From: Phycisphaerae bacterium | GTDB taxonomy: Bacteria > Planctomycetota > Phycisphaerae > UBA1845 > PWPN01 | Reading direction: 5' to 3' | DNA length: 26,811 bases | NCBI GenBank assembly: GCA_026647385.1 | Contig: JAPKGY010000001.1 | Location: 1-26,811 of the forward strand | Made by a program: the position numbers and the translations under genes | In this document: one piece after another, positions 1 to 9,566 of the stretch | How positions within the stretch are numbered: the first letter of the stretch is position 1 | How the letters are laid out: every line of letters starts with the position of its first letter | The notes under the pieces: model-generated | Told to the model about the DNA's origin: nothing | Databases searched by the model: none | Seen by the model: the letters and a program-made list of their open reading frames with translations, nothing else

Positions 1-1
1 T

Positions 2-2227
2 CCCGACATTCGTCCTGACGAGCAACTGGCCCGCGGTGAGTGGGAGTGCCGCCCGCCGACGGGATTCCACGGACCGCTCCGGTGGCAGCCGACGGACGAG
101 ACGCATGCTCTCGATGTCACGCAATAGGGTAACCGCTTCCTGGAACCCTTCCCATTTTAGCATGTTGGCGAGCACGGTTTTCATGGCGGCCAGGATGGTT
201 GCCTGCGAGCGGCGTGTGCGGGCCACGGCGTCGGGCGGCAGGATGGGCGGCATCTGGTCGAGGTGGTCCGCGGCTGCGGGCATCTGCTCGCGGAAAAGTG
301 TCCCCAGCGGTTCGACGATCCCCTGGCCGAGGCGTTCCTCGACGGACGGCGTGGCCAGGCGATTGATCCGCATTTCCGCCAGGACCTGCTCGAACTGAGT
401 GTGGGTCGTGCCGACCCGGCCGGCGTAGTCGCGCTGCCTGCGGGCGAGCTGTTTGGTCCGGCGCGATCGCTCGGCTTCGTCGAGCCGGTCGGCCGCCTCG
501 ATCAGGCTGAGGAATTCCCCGTAGAGTTCCTCCTGGCGGCGAACCCAGCGATCGAAGTCGAGTCGATACTCTTGCTCGCGCCGCTGAAGCTCCGCCAGCA
601 GCTCCTCGCGGCTCACGATCCTAAAGCCGATCGCCTGCGACCGCCCGACGTTCGGTCCGGAGATCCGATCGAAGTCGGCCGCTTCGGCCTGCAGGCTGAT
701 GCGGTCGCCTTCGCGGAATCCGTGGGCGGCCGGCACCCAGTCGAACGATCGCCGGAAGGTCTTCGTGTCGGGTTCGAAGCCCTCGATCGGTTGTGTGGTC
801 GGTACGGCTTTCCCGTCCTGCGGGTGGGCGGTCAGCGCGGCGGACGACAGGCCGTAGGTATCGGCGAATTCGGTTTCGACGGGCAGGGCGGCGTCGGGCA
901 CGATCATTTCGCCCGCCCCGCGGATGCGCATGCGCACGGTCGGGGGCTGATCGGCGATAAGGCGCACGGAGATCTGCACCGGCCGACTGCGCTCGCTGAC
1001 GTTGCTCAATCCGAGCAGGTCGGTCATGCGGAAGGAGTAGGTTGCGGAATCCGGAGGAACATCCTCGGCGGTGAACTCCCGTGAATTGATCCGGACGACG
1101 GGTGCGATCTCCTCTTCCTCGTCGCCGATCCGGCGCAGCAGTCGTATGTCGGCGATCGCCCGGTTGGTTTGCACGCGCAGGCCGATGCGACTGCCCTTGA
1201 GTGCCTGTGCGACGGTCTGGCCGGCACGCAGATCGTAGGGTTCGGCCTTTGTGTATCCGGGGGGAGTCACGTGCAGCGCGACGTTCTGCACCTCCGGTCT
1301 GTCCACTGCTTCCACGGTGAACCAGTCCGTTCGGGCATCGCCTCCGAGGACGCGGCACCGCAGGGTCTCGGCCAGGCGCTCGAACGTGTAGGTGAAGACC
1401 GCGCTGGGCGTCCGGGCGGACATCGAGGACTGGGAGGCCGGGGGACGCTCGCGCGTGACCGCGGGCATCTGCTGGCGACCGGTCTGGCCGCCGGGGCTCT
1501 GGTACTCGATGAAGACCTGGCGCGGAGCCTCATAGCCCTCGTCGACGAAGGCGGTGATCGGAGCGTCTTCGCCGCGGGCGACGATCATTCCGCCGTCCTT
1601 GAGCCCTTCGACGGTGAGCCGGTTGCGCTGCGGCCAATCGATGTCGCGGATCAGCACGTTACGGTGGAACCAGATGGACAGGGTCGGCCGGGCCAGCAGC
1701 CCGGCGAGAGTCAGAACCAATACGCAACCAATCGCGCCGGCGGCGCGCCGGCGAGCGCGTCGGTGATCCAGAACGTCTGTGAACCGCACGACTGACGCGG
1801 CTTGCGCCGCCTGCCGGACGAGTGCTTCCGTCAGAGCGGCTGAACGCGGGCCGACGGTGCGCTGCTCGATGTCCGAACGCGTGAACTCGACGGCGGAAAT
1901 CAGGCGGCTGTGCAGATCCGCGTGCCGGCGCTCGACGAGCAAGGCCAGGTCGGAACGAGAAGGTCGCACCCGCAGCGGATCGATGACGAATCGCCACGCG
2001 ATGGCCAGAAGGGCGGCGGACAGGGTGACGAGCTGGGCGATGCGCATGTCCGCGTCGAGCTTGAACGCGCGGTCGACAAGCAGTGTGATCGCGACGACCG
2101 CGACCAACGCGACGCCGAGAACCGACGCCCCCTCCAGCAGCAGGTAGAAGCGCAGGCGACGCCGGAGCCGATCGAGCTTCGGCTTGACCTGCGATTCGAA
2201 ATGCTCCCTGGCGACCGGGTCGATCAT
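2..2227 (-). CDS. Large membrane-anchored coiled-coil protein, DUF4175-like; partial, 3' end runs off the window (>740 aa)
   Basis: Hand-translated because it is absent from the ORF track (no stop in the window). ATG at 2227 follows AAGGA. It begins MIDPVAREHFESQVKPKLDRLRRRLRFYLLLEG with N-terminal TM helices, then LVERRHADLHSRLISAVEF, WFHRNVLIRDIDWPQR, DQPPTVRMRIRGAGEMI, GPNVGRSQAIGFRIVSREELLAELQRREQEYR and MLKWEGFQEAVTLLRDI. No in-frame stop was found down to base 2. Confidence 0.85.
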   Translation of the reverse strand, partial: MIDPVAREHFESQVKPKLDRLRRRLRFYLLLEGASVLGVALVAVVAITLLVDRAFKLDADMRIAQLVTLSAALLAIAWRFVIDPLRVRPSRSDLALLVERRHADLHSRLISAVEFTRSDIEQRTVGPRSAALTEALVRQAAQAASVVRFTDVLDHRRARRRAAGAIGCVLVLTLAGLLARPTLSIWFHRNVLIRDIDWPQRNRLTVEGLKDGGMIVARGEDAPITAFVDEGYEAPRQVFIEYQSPGGQTGRQQMPAVTRERPPASQSSMSARTPSAVFTYTFERLAETLRCRVLGGDARTDWFTVEAVDRPEVQNVALHVTPPGYTKAEPYDLRAGQTVAQALKGSRIGLRVQTNRAIADIRLLRRIGDEEEEIAPVVRINSREFTAEDVPPDSATYSFRMTDLLGLSNVSERSRPVQISVRLIADQPPTVRMRIRGAGEMIVPDAALPVETEFADTYGLSSAALTAHPQDGKAVPTTQPIEGFEPDTKTFRRSFDWVPAAHGFREGDRISLQAEAADFDRISGPNVGRSQAIGFRIVSREELLAELQRREQEYRLDFDRWVRRQEELYGEFLSLIEAADRLDEAERSRRTKQLARRQRDYAGRVGTTHTQFEQVLAEMRINRLATPSVEERLGQGIVEPLGTLFREQMPAAADHLDQMPPILPPDAVARTRRSQATILAAMKTVLANMLKWEGFQEAVTLLRDIESMRLVRRLPPERSVESRRRAALPLTAGQLLVRTNVG

Positions 2228-2263
2228 TCCCGCGTTTCCTTAAGCCCGAGCTTCAGATCCACG

Positions 2264-4747
2264 TTACAACAGGCACGCCCTTTTGCGTAAAAACCATTCG
2301 GCTGCGAGCAACACGATCAGCAGCGACAGGGTCCACCACCGGTCCCACAATGTCAGCGGCTCTCCGGTCAGCACCATGCCGACCTGCTTGCCGGGGATCA
2401 GGTTCACCAGTTGGTCGGCCTCGGCCAGGTCGAGGTACCTGCCGCCGGCTGACTGCAACGCGAGCGTGCGGAGCGATTCGCGATCCAGGTTCGTCGCCCG
2501 GTATTCGAGGTCGGACCGGCCGACGCTGATTTCGTGTCGAATGACGGCCGGCTCGACGTTCGGCCCGCCTGGCAGATCGATTCGCAGGCCGTACGTTCCG
2601 CCGTGCGCCGGGACCCATCGCCCGCGGTACCAGCCGGGGCGGTTGGGCTGCGTTTTCAGGGTGATCGTGGAGGCCGGCTCGTCCTCGCGTTGAATGGTGG
2701 CGGTGACTTCCTCGCCGCGGAGCGGCTGGTTGCGGTCGTCGAGCAGTCTGGCTTCGACGATCACCGGGTCGCCCGCGGCGTAGCGGCTGCGATCGGTCTG
2801 GATGAGCCCGCGTTTCTGGCCGGTGAAGAGTTTGCCCTCGACCAGATGCCGCAAAAGCTGCACCCAGAACCGATTGAAGCAGCGATCGCCCGCGCGTCGC
2901 CACCGCCAAGTCGAGTCCGACGCCAGAAAGCCGACCCGTCCCGAGCCGAGGAATTGCGTAGCCAACAGAACGTGCCCGCCATCCTGGCCTCGCATGCGCG
3001 GATTCGAGTCGCGCAGGAGCACCGTTGCGACGGGCTTGGCCCGCATGGCCGGGTAGTGCCAGTACCAGCCGGGCAGCATCGCCCAGACCTGAAGGTTCTC
3101 CGTGGTGGTGTCCGCCATGACCAGGACGGGGTGATCCGCCACCGGGGGCGGTACGGCGACCGGCCAGGGCGTCGTCTGGAAATAGCCGAGTTCGTTGAGA
3201 ATCAGTTCGGCCTCGCCGGGGTCAATCACCACGGGAAGCATCTCGACAAGAGATCGGGTGCCATCGCCGCGCAAGAACCTCGAGGTGTTCGTTCGGCCGG
3301 CGACGTAGAGCAGGGCGGCTCCGTTGTTGGCGACCATCGACTCGACGGTGGCCGTCCACGCCGGCGTGAAATCCTCCGGTTCGGGGTCCATCAGGATGAT
3401 ACAGTCGTAAGCGGTCAATTCCTCCGGGCGAGTCGGGAAGCGATCGATGATCGTCTTGCCGTCGCGGACCGCGGTCTCGTCGGCGGATTGCAGCCAGCAG
3501 CTCAGATCCATCGTCGCATCGCGGGTGAGGAGGCGCATGACGTAGCGGTAATCCCAGCTCGGTCCGCCCGCGACAAGAAGGACGCGCATTCGATTGTCGA
3601 GCGCACGGACGGTGATTTCCCGCTGGTTGTCGACGGTGAGTGTTTCGCCTTCGACCGGTTCGACGCGAACGATCAGGCGGGTCTGCCCCGGGTCGGCAAG
3701 CTGGTGCTTGAAAGCGATCGGTGCGACCCGTCCCGCGGCGTCGAGGGTAATCGTCTTGCGCTCGATCGGCTGCTCGTCGGCAGGCCCGCCTCGCAGCAGG
3801 GTGACGGTCAGCGATTGGCCGGCCAGACCCTGGACCTTCAATTGCACGGTGACCTGGAACGGGTCCTTGACGAAGACGTTGGCCGGCGCGTCGAGGGATG
3901 CGATCGCGGCATTACGCGGCTCACCCGGATCGCCCACGCCGACCGCGTAAATCGGCAGTTTGCGGGCGTGTGCGAACCTCGCGACGGTTTCGACGGGCTC
4001 GCCGCGATTGAATCGGCCATCCGACAACACGACGACGGCTGCGATCGGCGTATCGCCCTGCATCTCGACGGCCGACCGGACCGCTCGTCCCAGATCGGTG
4101 GCCTGCCCTTCGGCGCGGAGCAACGGGGCCAGCATCGTCGGAAGCGGCACCGGTTCGCCTTTGGGCTGCGAGGAGTCGGCCGCCGGAGAGGTGGTCGGAG
4201 GGGCGGCCTCGGGTTGCCCGTTGCGCGGGATGAACCCGACGGCGGACAGTTCGTCGGCGAATTCGTAGACCCGCACGGCGTTGTGCTTGGCTAATCGACT
4301 CAGCAAGGCGTTTGGCCCGCCGCCCAGCATTCGCTCCGCCAAATGCGAGCGGCTTAGACGGCGGGGATCGCCCCCGGCGGGCAACTCGGGCAACGGCGCG
4401 GACTGATCTTCGTTCGCGTAAAGGTCTCGCAGGCCCATGCTGGCGGACGTGTCCGCGAGAACGAGTGTCTCCGACTCGATCTCGCGATGAATGTACGTCG
4501 CCATCACCGGTTCGAGCCAGATGACGGCCAGGACGCAGATCACCGCGCAGCGCAAGGCGGTCAGGGTAATCCGTCGCCGGGGCGTCAGTCCGGACCGCTG
4601 TTCGCGGTGGTAGAGCAGAATGACCAGGCCCAACAGTCCGATCAACACCACGATGGAGGCGAGGGATGCCCATCCCTCCGGTACGGATGCGAACTCGAAC
4701 CGTCGTTCGATCGTGTCGACCGCCAGGATGTGGCCGAAAGCACTCAT
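2264..4747 (-). CDS. Membrane protein with vWA domain and class I glutamine-amidotransferase-like domain (~827 aa)
   Basis: MIDAS-type LVLADTSASM...TDLG...VVLSDGR; GATase-like VLLVAGGPSWDYRYV...YDCIILMD; N- and C-terminal TM helices, ending LLIVLLAAEWFLRKR. The start at 4747 forms an ATGA overlap with the upstream stop, so the ORF-track start at 4858 is probably too long. Confidence 0.85.
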   Translation of the reverse strand: MSAFGHILAVDTIERRFEFASVPEGWASLASIVVLIGLLGLVILLYHREQRSGLTPRRRITLTALRCAVICVLAVIWLEPVMATYIHREIESETLVLADTSASMGLRDLYANEDQSAPLPELPAGGDPRRLSRSHLAERMLGGGPNALLSRLAKHNAVRVYEFADELSAVGFIPRNGQPEAAPPTTSPAADSSQPKGEPVPLPTMLAPLLRAEGQATDLGRAVRSAVEMQGDTPIAAVVVLSDGRFNRGEPVETVARFAHARKLPIYAVGVGDPGEPRNAAIASLDAPANVFVKDPFQVTVQLKVQGLAGQSLTVTLLRGGPADEQPIERKTITLDAAGRVAPIAFKHQLADPGQTRLIVRVEPVEGETLTVDNQREITVRALDNRMRVLLVAGGPSWDYRYVMRLLTRDATMDLSCWLQSADETAVRDGKTIIDRFPTRPEELTAYDCIILMDPEPEDFTPAWTATVESMVANNGAALLYVAGRTNTSRFLRGDGTRSLVEMLPVVIDPGEAELILNELGYFQTTPWPVAVPPPVADHPVLVMADTTTENLQVWAMLPGWYWHYPAMRAKPVATVLLRDSNPRMRGQDGGHVLLATQFLGSGRVGFLASDSTWRWRRAGDRCFNRFWVQLLRHLVEGKLFTGQKRGLIQTDRSRYAAGDPVIVEARLLDDRNQPLRGEEVTATIQREDEPASTITLKTQPNRPGWYRGRWVPAHGGTYGLRIDLPGGPNVEPAVIRHEISVGRSDLEYRATNLDRESLRTLALQSAGGRYLDLAEADQLVNLIPGKQVGMVLTGEPLTLWDRWWTLSLLIVLLAAEWFLRKRACLL

Positions 4748-7065
4748 CGGTCGCCACCTCGCCAGAGGAGGCGGAGATTCCGCCCGCTTCCGAAGTACCA
4801 CCCCAGCGCCTGCTCGCTCATCAGCACCACGACGAGCAGGATCAGCGCGATCGGCCACAGTTCGCGGCGCACCTCCACGTCGCGCAGGGCGGCCAGGTCG
4901 CGACCGGTGACGTAGCTGAGGTTCAGGTTTGGCATGGATGCCCGCAGCGCCGCTTCATCCGCCCGGCCCAGGTCGCTCTCGCGCGTGTCGACATTGACGG
5001 CCATCGGCCGGGTGACCGTTCGGCCGGAGATTTCGCTGAGGTCGAAGCGATAGATGCCCGGTTCATCCGTTCGAGTCCAGGACAGCACGGTTTGGCCGGT
5101 GCCGGGGTCGGGCTGGGGTTCGATGCGCGAAGCCGGGTCGGCGGGAAAGGTCGGCGGCTTGAGCGTGGCCGGCGGCTGGTACCGTTCGCCGTCGAACGGG
5201 ATCACGATCGGCGCGCCCACAAGCTGCTGGCCGCCTGCCTCCGCGCGGCGGGCCAGGTATTGCACCAGTTCCATCGCCCAGACGACGTAGGCCGGCTGAT
5301 CGGGCAGGTTGTTCCACTCCTTGTCGGTGCTCGACGTGAACATCACGACGTGCCCGCGCCCCAGCGACTGATCGACGACGAGCGGGTCCTTGTCCGCACT
5401 GTTCAATCGGATGAGTATGCGAGCGGGTGTTCTTTCGTCAGCCGCGGCCGAGGCGGGCTGAGTGAGGGATGCGGCTTCGGCGGACTCGGCTTCGCCCGGT
5501 TCGCAGCGGAAACATTCGCGCACGCGCACGTTCTGAAGCAGACTCGCTTCTCCGGCCGCCAACCGCGCGGTCAGCGGATGGGCGGCGTCGATCTCGCCGA
5601 TGCCCCATCCGGCGGATTCCGCCGGGCAGATGGCGACCTGCCCGATCTTCGCCGGCAACAGTCCGGAACCCTCGCGATACAGCAGGCGGTTGTATGCGTC
5701 CGCGTCCACCTGATCGCCGAGAAAGATCGCCAGTCCGCCGCCGCTCCGCACGTAGGTTTCCAGGTGCTCGACAGCCGACTCGTTGAAGCGATAGACGTTC
5801 GCCAGAACGACAACCTGGTAATCCGACAGGTCGGCTCCCTCCAGGTCGTTTTCATCGATGACGGTGACCTCGTTGCCGCTGAACTGCGGGCCTTCGGGCT
5901 GGAGCGCGACCGTCAGCAGGAACGTTTCGTCCTCGTAAGGGTCGGGCGATTTCTCCCCATTGACGATCAGGGTGCGCAGCGCCCTGGCCACCGGAACGAC
6001 CAGGCGGCGCGCGTTGTCGACGGGCAGCCCGTCCGGCGGCAGTTCAACCGTCAATACGTCCAGGCCTTCATTGGGAAAGGTTGCGTCGATCGCCAGGTCA
6101 ACGTGGCTGCCGGCGTCAATCGAAGGAACCGATGTTGCCGGAACGGCCGCGTCGCCCACATAGGCCTCCAGAACCGTGGCGGCGCTCGGCGTCCGGCCGA
6201 AGTTCACGATGCGGGCGACATAACGGCCTTCGATCGTCGCGACCGATTGCGCCTGCCGCGGCTCGATGTCGGCGATCGCCAGGTTATCCGCCGGGTTGCC
6301 CACGTCGATGAGCACGACGTGCAGCGAACGGCCATCCCGGCCCCAGTCGGCAAGGGCGGCGGCCGGCGACGGATCGGGGCCGGCGGAGTCATGGCGTCCG
6401 ATCCAGTCGATGCGCTGAAAGTCGCTGATCACGTAAACCGTCGCATCCGCCCCCGCGGACAGGGCGTCGAGGCGTTGGCGCACGGCCGCCATCGCGGCGG
6501 GGAAGTTCCCGGGCCGAAAGGAAACCGGCGTCGACGCGAGATCCTCTTCGAACGTCTTCAGGTTGATCTCACCGATGCGCGGTTCGGACCGCAGAGGTTG
6601 ATCGGGCCGAGACGTGAGCAACACGGTTACGCCGTCGTCCGGCGAGGACTCGCGCCAGGTGCTCACGAGGTCGCGCAGGGTCGATTGGGCTCGACTGAAG
6701 ACCGTGCCGCTTTTCTCGAAGTCGCTTTCCGAGGCCTGGACCGGATCGCGCAGGCCCATGCTGAACGAGTCGTCGAGTATCACGATTCGCTCGGATTGCC
6801 CGCGCGTGCCCAGCGCGGCGGTCAGCGACTCGGGGCGAATGAACCACCGCGCGAGCATGACGCCCGCGACGGCCATGGCCAGGCAGCGCAAGGCCAGGAG
6901 GATGAGTTCCTCGATCCGGATGCGCCGGCGGTTCTCGCGGTCCGCCTGGAGCAGGAACTCCACCGCCGCCCAGCGGATCCGCCGGAATCGTCGCCGGTTC
7001 AGCAGGTGAATGAGGATGGGGATGGCCGCCGCCGCCGCACCGGCGTAGAACATCGCCGGCGTCAT
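4744..7065 (-). CDS. BatA N-terminal domain / vWA / GATase-like membrane protein (~773 aa)
   Basis: BatA signature AIPILIHLLNRRRFRRIRWAAVEFLL; MIDAS ILDDSFSM...VISDFQ; LSDYQVVVLANV; C-terminal TM helix RRELWPIALILL. The ORF-track extension to 7359 reads through a repeat hairpin and is spurious. Confidence 0.88.
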   Translation of the reverse strand: MTPAMFYAGAAAAAIPILIHLLNRRRFRRIRWAAVEFLLQADRENRRRIRIEELILLALRCLAMAVAGVMLARWFIRPESLTAALGTRGQSERIVILDDSFSMGLRDPVQASESDFEKSGTVFSRAQSTLRDLVSTWRESSPDDGVTVLLTSRPDQPLRSEPRIGEINLKTFEEDLASTPVSFRPGNFPAAMAAVRQRLDALSAGADATVYVISDFQRIDWIGRHDSAGPDPSPAAALADWGRDGRSLHVVLIDVGNPADNLAIADIEPRQAQSVATIEGRYVARIVNFGRTPSAATVLEAYVGDAAVPATSVPSIDAGSHVDLAIDATFPNEGLDVLTVELPPDGLPVDNARRLVVPVARALRTLIVNGEKSPDPYEDETFLLTVALQPEGPQFSGNEVTVIDENDLEGADLSDYQVVVLANVYRFNESAVEHLETYVRSGGGLAIFLGDQVDADAYNRLLYREGSGLLPAKIGQVAICPAESAGWGIGEIDAAHPLTARLAAGEASLLQNVRVRECFRCEPGEAESAEAASLTQPASAAADERTPARILIRLNSADKDPLVVDQSLGRGHVVMFTSSTDKEWNNLPDQPAYVVWAMELVQYLARRAEAGGQQLVGAPIVIPFDGERYQPPATLKPPTFPADPASRIEPQPDPGTGQTVLSWTRTDEPGIYRFDLSEISGRTVTRPMAVNVDTRESDLGRADEAALRASMPNLNLSYVTGRDLAALRDVEVRRELWPIALILLVVVLMSEQALGWYFGSGRNLRLLWRGGDR

Positions 7066-7150
7066 CAGCGCCGCAAGCGGAAGGCTCAACCATATGCCCC
7101 ATTCGGTTTTCACGGCCCCACCCACAAAGGCCACCGTCCCAACGCCGGCT

Positions 7151-7257
7151 GGAGTGGAGAACGGGGAATTGAGAATGGAGAAAGGACCCGCGTTCTCGGA
7201 CGAACCATCGGGCCGGCCATGAGCTTTCTCAATTCTCCGCTCTCCATTCTCCACTCC
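7151..7257. repeat. Heptamer (GGAGA[A/G]T) inverted-repeat hairpin, copy 1
   Basis: Arms 7151-7184 and 7224-7257 match at 28 of 34 positions as reverse complements. The 39-nt spacer has internal CCCG/CGGG and GTTC/GAAC pairing. It starts 10 nt after the DUF58 stop. Confidence 0.9.
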
Positions 7258-7267
7258 GCCTTCAGCT

Positions 7268-8185
7268 TCATCTTTTCGCCATCCGGTGCATCCGCCCAGC
7301 CAGGTACGCCGACAGAGCTGCGTCCGGTGGATCGTGTGTCGACAGCAGCACGTAATCAATCCGGCTGTCCACGCAGGCCGACCTCATCCGGGCGATGAAA
7401 TTCTCGACGATTCGCAGATAACTCGCCCTCAGCGACTGCGGGTCGGTCAGCAGTTGCACGTCGACCCGCTCGAGTCCCTCGAACAGCGTGTTCTCGGAGA
7501 ACGGAAACGTCAGCTCGTCGTGATCGAGCACGTGCAGGACAATCACGTCATGGCCGGCATGGCGCAATCGCTGCAATCCGGCGATCGTGGCTTCGACGTC
7601 GGTCAGCAGGTCGCTGATCAGCACGACGAGCCCCCGCCGGCGGAGCTGCTCCGCTATCTGCCCGAGCAGCATCTTCATGTCGGTGGCTTCAGCCGGCGGG
7701 TTCGCCTCGATGCGCTCGATCATCGTCTGAAGCTGAACGGTCCGGCTGGTCGGCGGGACCTGCTCGCGGATCGCCCGGTCGAAAAGGACCAGCCCGCAGG
7801 CGTCCTGCTGCATCATCAGCAGATAAATCAACGAGGCCGCCATCGTCGCGGCGTAGTCGTACTTGTTGCGCCATCCGCCGTGCTCGTGCTCGGGATAGGC
7901 CATCGAGCGCGAGCAGTCCAGCAGGACGTGTGTCCCAAGGTTCGTCTCTTCCTCGTACTGTTTGATGTACAGCCGGTCGCCGCGGGCAAACAGCCGCCAG
8001 TCGATATGTCGGATGTCGTCGCCGGGCGCGTACTCCCGGTGCGACGCGAACTCCACGCTGAAGCCCTGGTAGGGGCTGCGGTGCATCCCCGCGACGAACC
8101 CCTCCACGATCATCTTCGCCCGCAATTCGAGCCGGGAGATGCGCGTGAGGGTCTCAGGATTCAAATACTTTGCGTAGTCTGCCAT
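7268..8185 (-). CDS. DUF58 family protein (305 aa)
   Basis: [31 protein letters not shown]...[10 protein letters not shown]; vWA-like LLDCSRSM and LISDLL; adjacent to moxR. Confidence 0.93.
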   Translation of the reverse strand: MADYAKYLNPETLTRISRLELRAKMIVEGFVAGMHRSPYQGFSVEFASHREYAPGDDIRHIDWRLFARGDRLYIKQYEEETNLGTHVLLDCSRSMAYPEHEHGGWRNKYDYAATMAASLIYLLMMQQDACGLVLFDRAIREQVPPTSRTVQLQTMIERIEANPPAEATDMKMLLGQIAEQLRRRGLVVLISDLLTDVEATIAGLQRLRHAGHDVIVLHVLDHDELTFPFSENTLFEGLERVDVQLLTDPQSLRASYLRIVENFIARMRSACVDSRIDYVLLSTHDPPDAALSAYLAGRMHRMAKR

Positions 8186-9230
8186 CCTGGCTCAATGCCG
8201 ACTCGTTCGGCGGCGTGAGGTTCAACAACTCGTCGATGATCCGATCGGCCGAGTACCCCTGGGCCTCGGCGGAGTAGGTGGTGATGATGCGGTGCCGGAG
8301 CACGGGGTGCGCGACCGCCCGCACGTCCTCGACGGACGCGTGGTACTGCCCGTGGAGCACCGCCCGGGCCTTGGCCGCCTGCACGAGGAACTGCACGGCC
8401 CGCGGGCCCGCGCCCCACTTGATCATCTGCCGGGTGATCGGCGGCGCCGTCGGCTCGTCAGGCCGGGTCCGGCGTACAATGTCCAGCGCATGCGCAACTA
8501 CCGGTCGGGCGATCGGAACCTTCCGCACCAGGTCCTGCAGCCGCAGGACCTGCCCCGCGTCCAGCACAGGCGGGATGGATTCCCGCGCAGCCGCGATATC
8601 GACCAGCGTCGTCTCCGCGATTCGAAGCTCCTCGTCGTAACTCGGATAGCCGACGAAGACCTTGTACATGAACCGGTCCTGCTGGGCTTCGGGAAGCGGG
8701 TACGTCCCCTCCTGCTCGATGGGGTTCTGGGTGGCCAAGACGAAAAACGGCTCGTCCAGCGGGTGCCGTTGCCCGCCCACCGTCACCTGTCGCTCCTGCA
8801 TCGCCTCGAGCAGGGCGGCCTGGGTTTTGGGCGGCGTGCGGTTGATTTCGTCCGCCAGGACCACGTTTGCGAATACCGGCCCGCGCAGGAACCTGAACGA
8901 TCGCGAACCGGTGGCTTTGTCTTCCTGGATGACCTCCGTGCCGGTGATGTCCGACGGCATGAGGTCGGGTGTGAACTGGATGCGCGAGAACGTCAGGTGA
9001 AGCGACCGGGCGAGCGTCGAGATCATCAGCGTTTTGGCCAGGCCGGGCACGCCTTCGAGAATGACGTGGCCGCCGGCGAACAGCGCGGTCATCAACTCCT
9101 CGAGCACCCGGTCCTGCCCGACGATCACCTTGCTTAACTCCGACCGGATCCGCTCGTTGGCCGACCGAAGCTGCTCGACAGCCGCCAGATCGTCCGATCC
9201 CGCTGGAATGGGTGTGTCACTGTTCGGCAT
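8154..9230 (-). CDS. moxR: MoxR family AAA+ ATPase (~358 aa)
   Basis: Walker [11 protein letters not shown]; [15 protein letters not shown]; Walker [23 protein letters not shown]; [26 protein letters not shown] at 9230 follows AAAGGGGG. Confidence 0.96.
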   Translation of the reverse strand: MPNSDTPIPAGSDDLAAVEQLRSANERIRSELSKVIVGQDRVLEELMTALFAGGHVILEGVPGLAKTLMISTLARSLHLTFSRIQFTPDLMPSDITGTEVIQEDKATGSRSFRFLRGPVFANVVLADEINRTPPKTQAALLEAMQERQVTVGGQRHPLDEPFFVLATQNPIEQEGTYPLPEAQQDRFMYKVFVGYPSYDEELRIAETTLVDIAAARESIPPVLDAGQVLRLQDLVRKVPIARPVVAHALDIVRRTRPDEPTAPPITRQMIKWGAGPRAVQFLVQAAKARAVLHGQYHASVEDVRAVAHPVLRHRIITTYSAEAQGYSADRIIDELLNLTPPNESALSQDGRLRKVFES

Positions 9231-9281
9231 CAAACCCCCTTTCGCCTCAATGTTCGTGCGATGTTGACGAGCCGCGGGCTT

Positions 9282-9345
9282 CCCTTGACACGACGCGGGC
9301 ATACGCCCGCCCGCAGCCGCCTTGCGGCGAGCCGCGTGTCAAGGG
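9282..9345 (-). other. Compact three-way-junction structure upstream of moxR (candidate cis-regulatory RNA or REP-like element)
   Basis: Perfect 11-bp outer stem CCCTTGACACG/CGTGTCAAGGG encloses two hairpins: CGCC-GCAA-GGCG (GNRA loop on the minus strand) and GCGGGC-GTAT-GCCCGC. Confidence 0.5.
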
Positions 9346-9452
9346 CTTCAGGTCGCCGCGGGGAGCCGCGCGGCCTTTCGTTTCGATCGGCGCCCCGGGG
9401 ATTGCCCGCGGTCATAGGGTCATCGGTCCGCCGCAATCGCGAACGGGCCGGC

Positions 9453-9549
9453 TGAGACTCCAGAATGGACAATTGAGAAAGGTTCGCCCGGTCCGGAAGT
9501 TCCGCTCGCATTTGTAGGGCCGTTCTCAATTCTCCACTCTCCATTCGCC
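9453..9549. repeat. Heptamer inverted-repeat hairpin, copy 2
   Basis: Left units TGAGACT CCAGAAT GGACAAT TGAGAAA GG. Right units (reverse complement) GGCGAAT GGAGAGT GGAGAAT TGAGAAC GG. It starts 17 nt after the stop at 9567. Confidence 0.85.
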
Positions 9550-9566
9550 CGCGGTTTCCCGTCGGT

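Noticed and set aside
2534-7398. Long plus-strand ORFs (586 aa and 910 aa), and similar ones at 23807-25486, 15626-16573 and 17275-18477
   Set aside because: They are antisense shadows of recognisable genes, expected from GC-rich codon bias, with no motifs or RBS.
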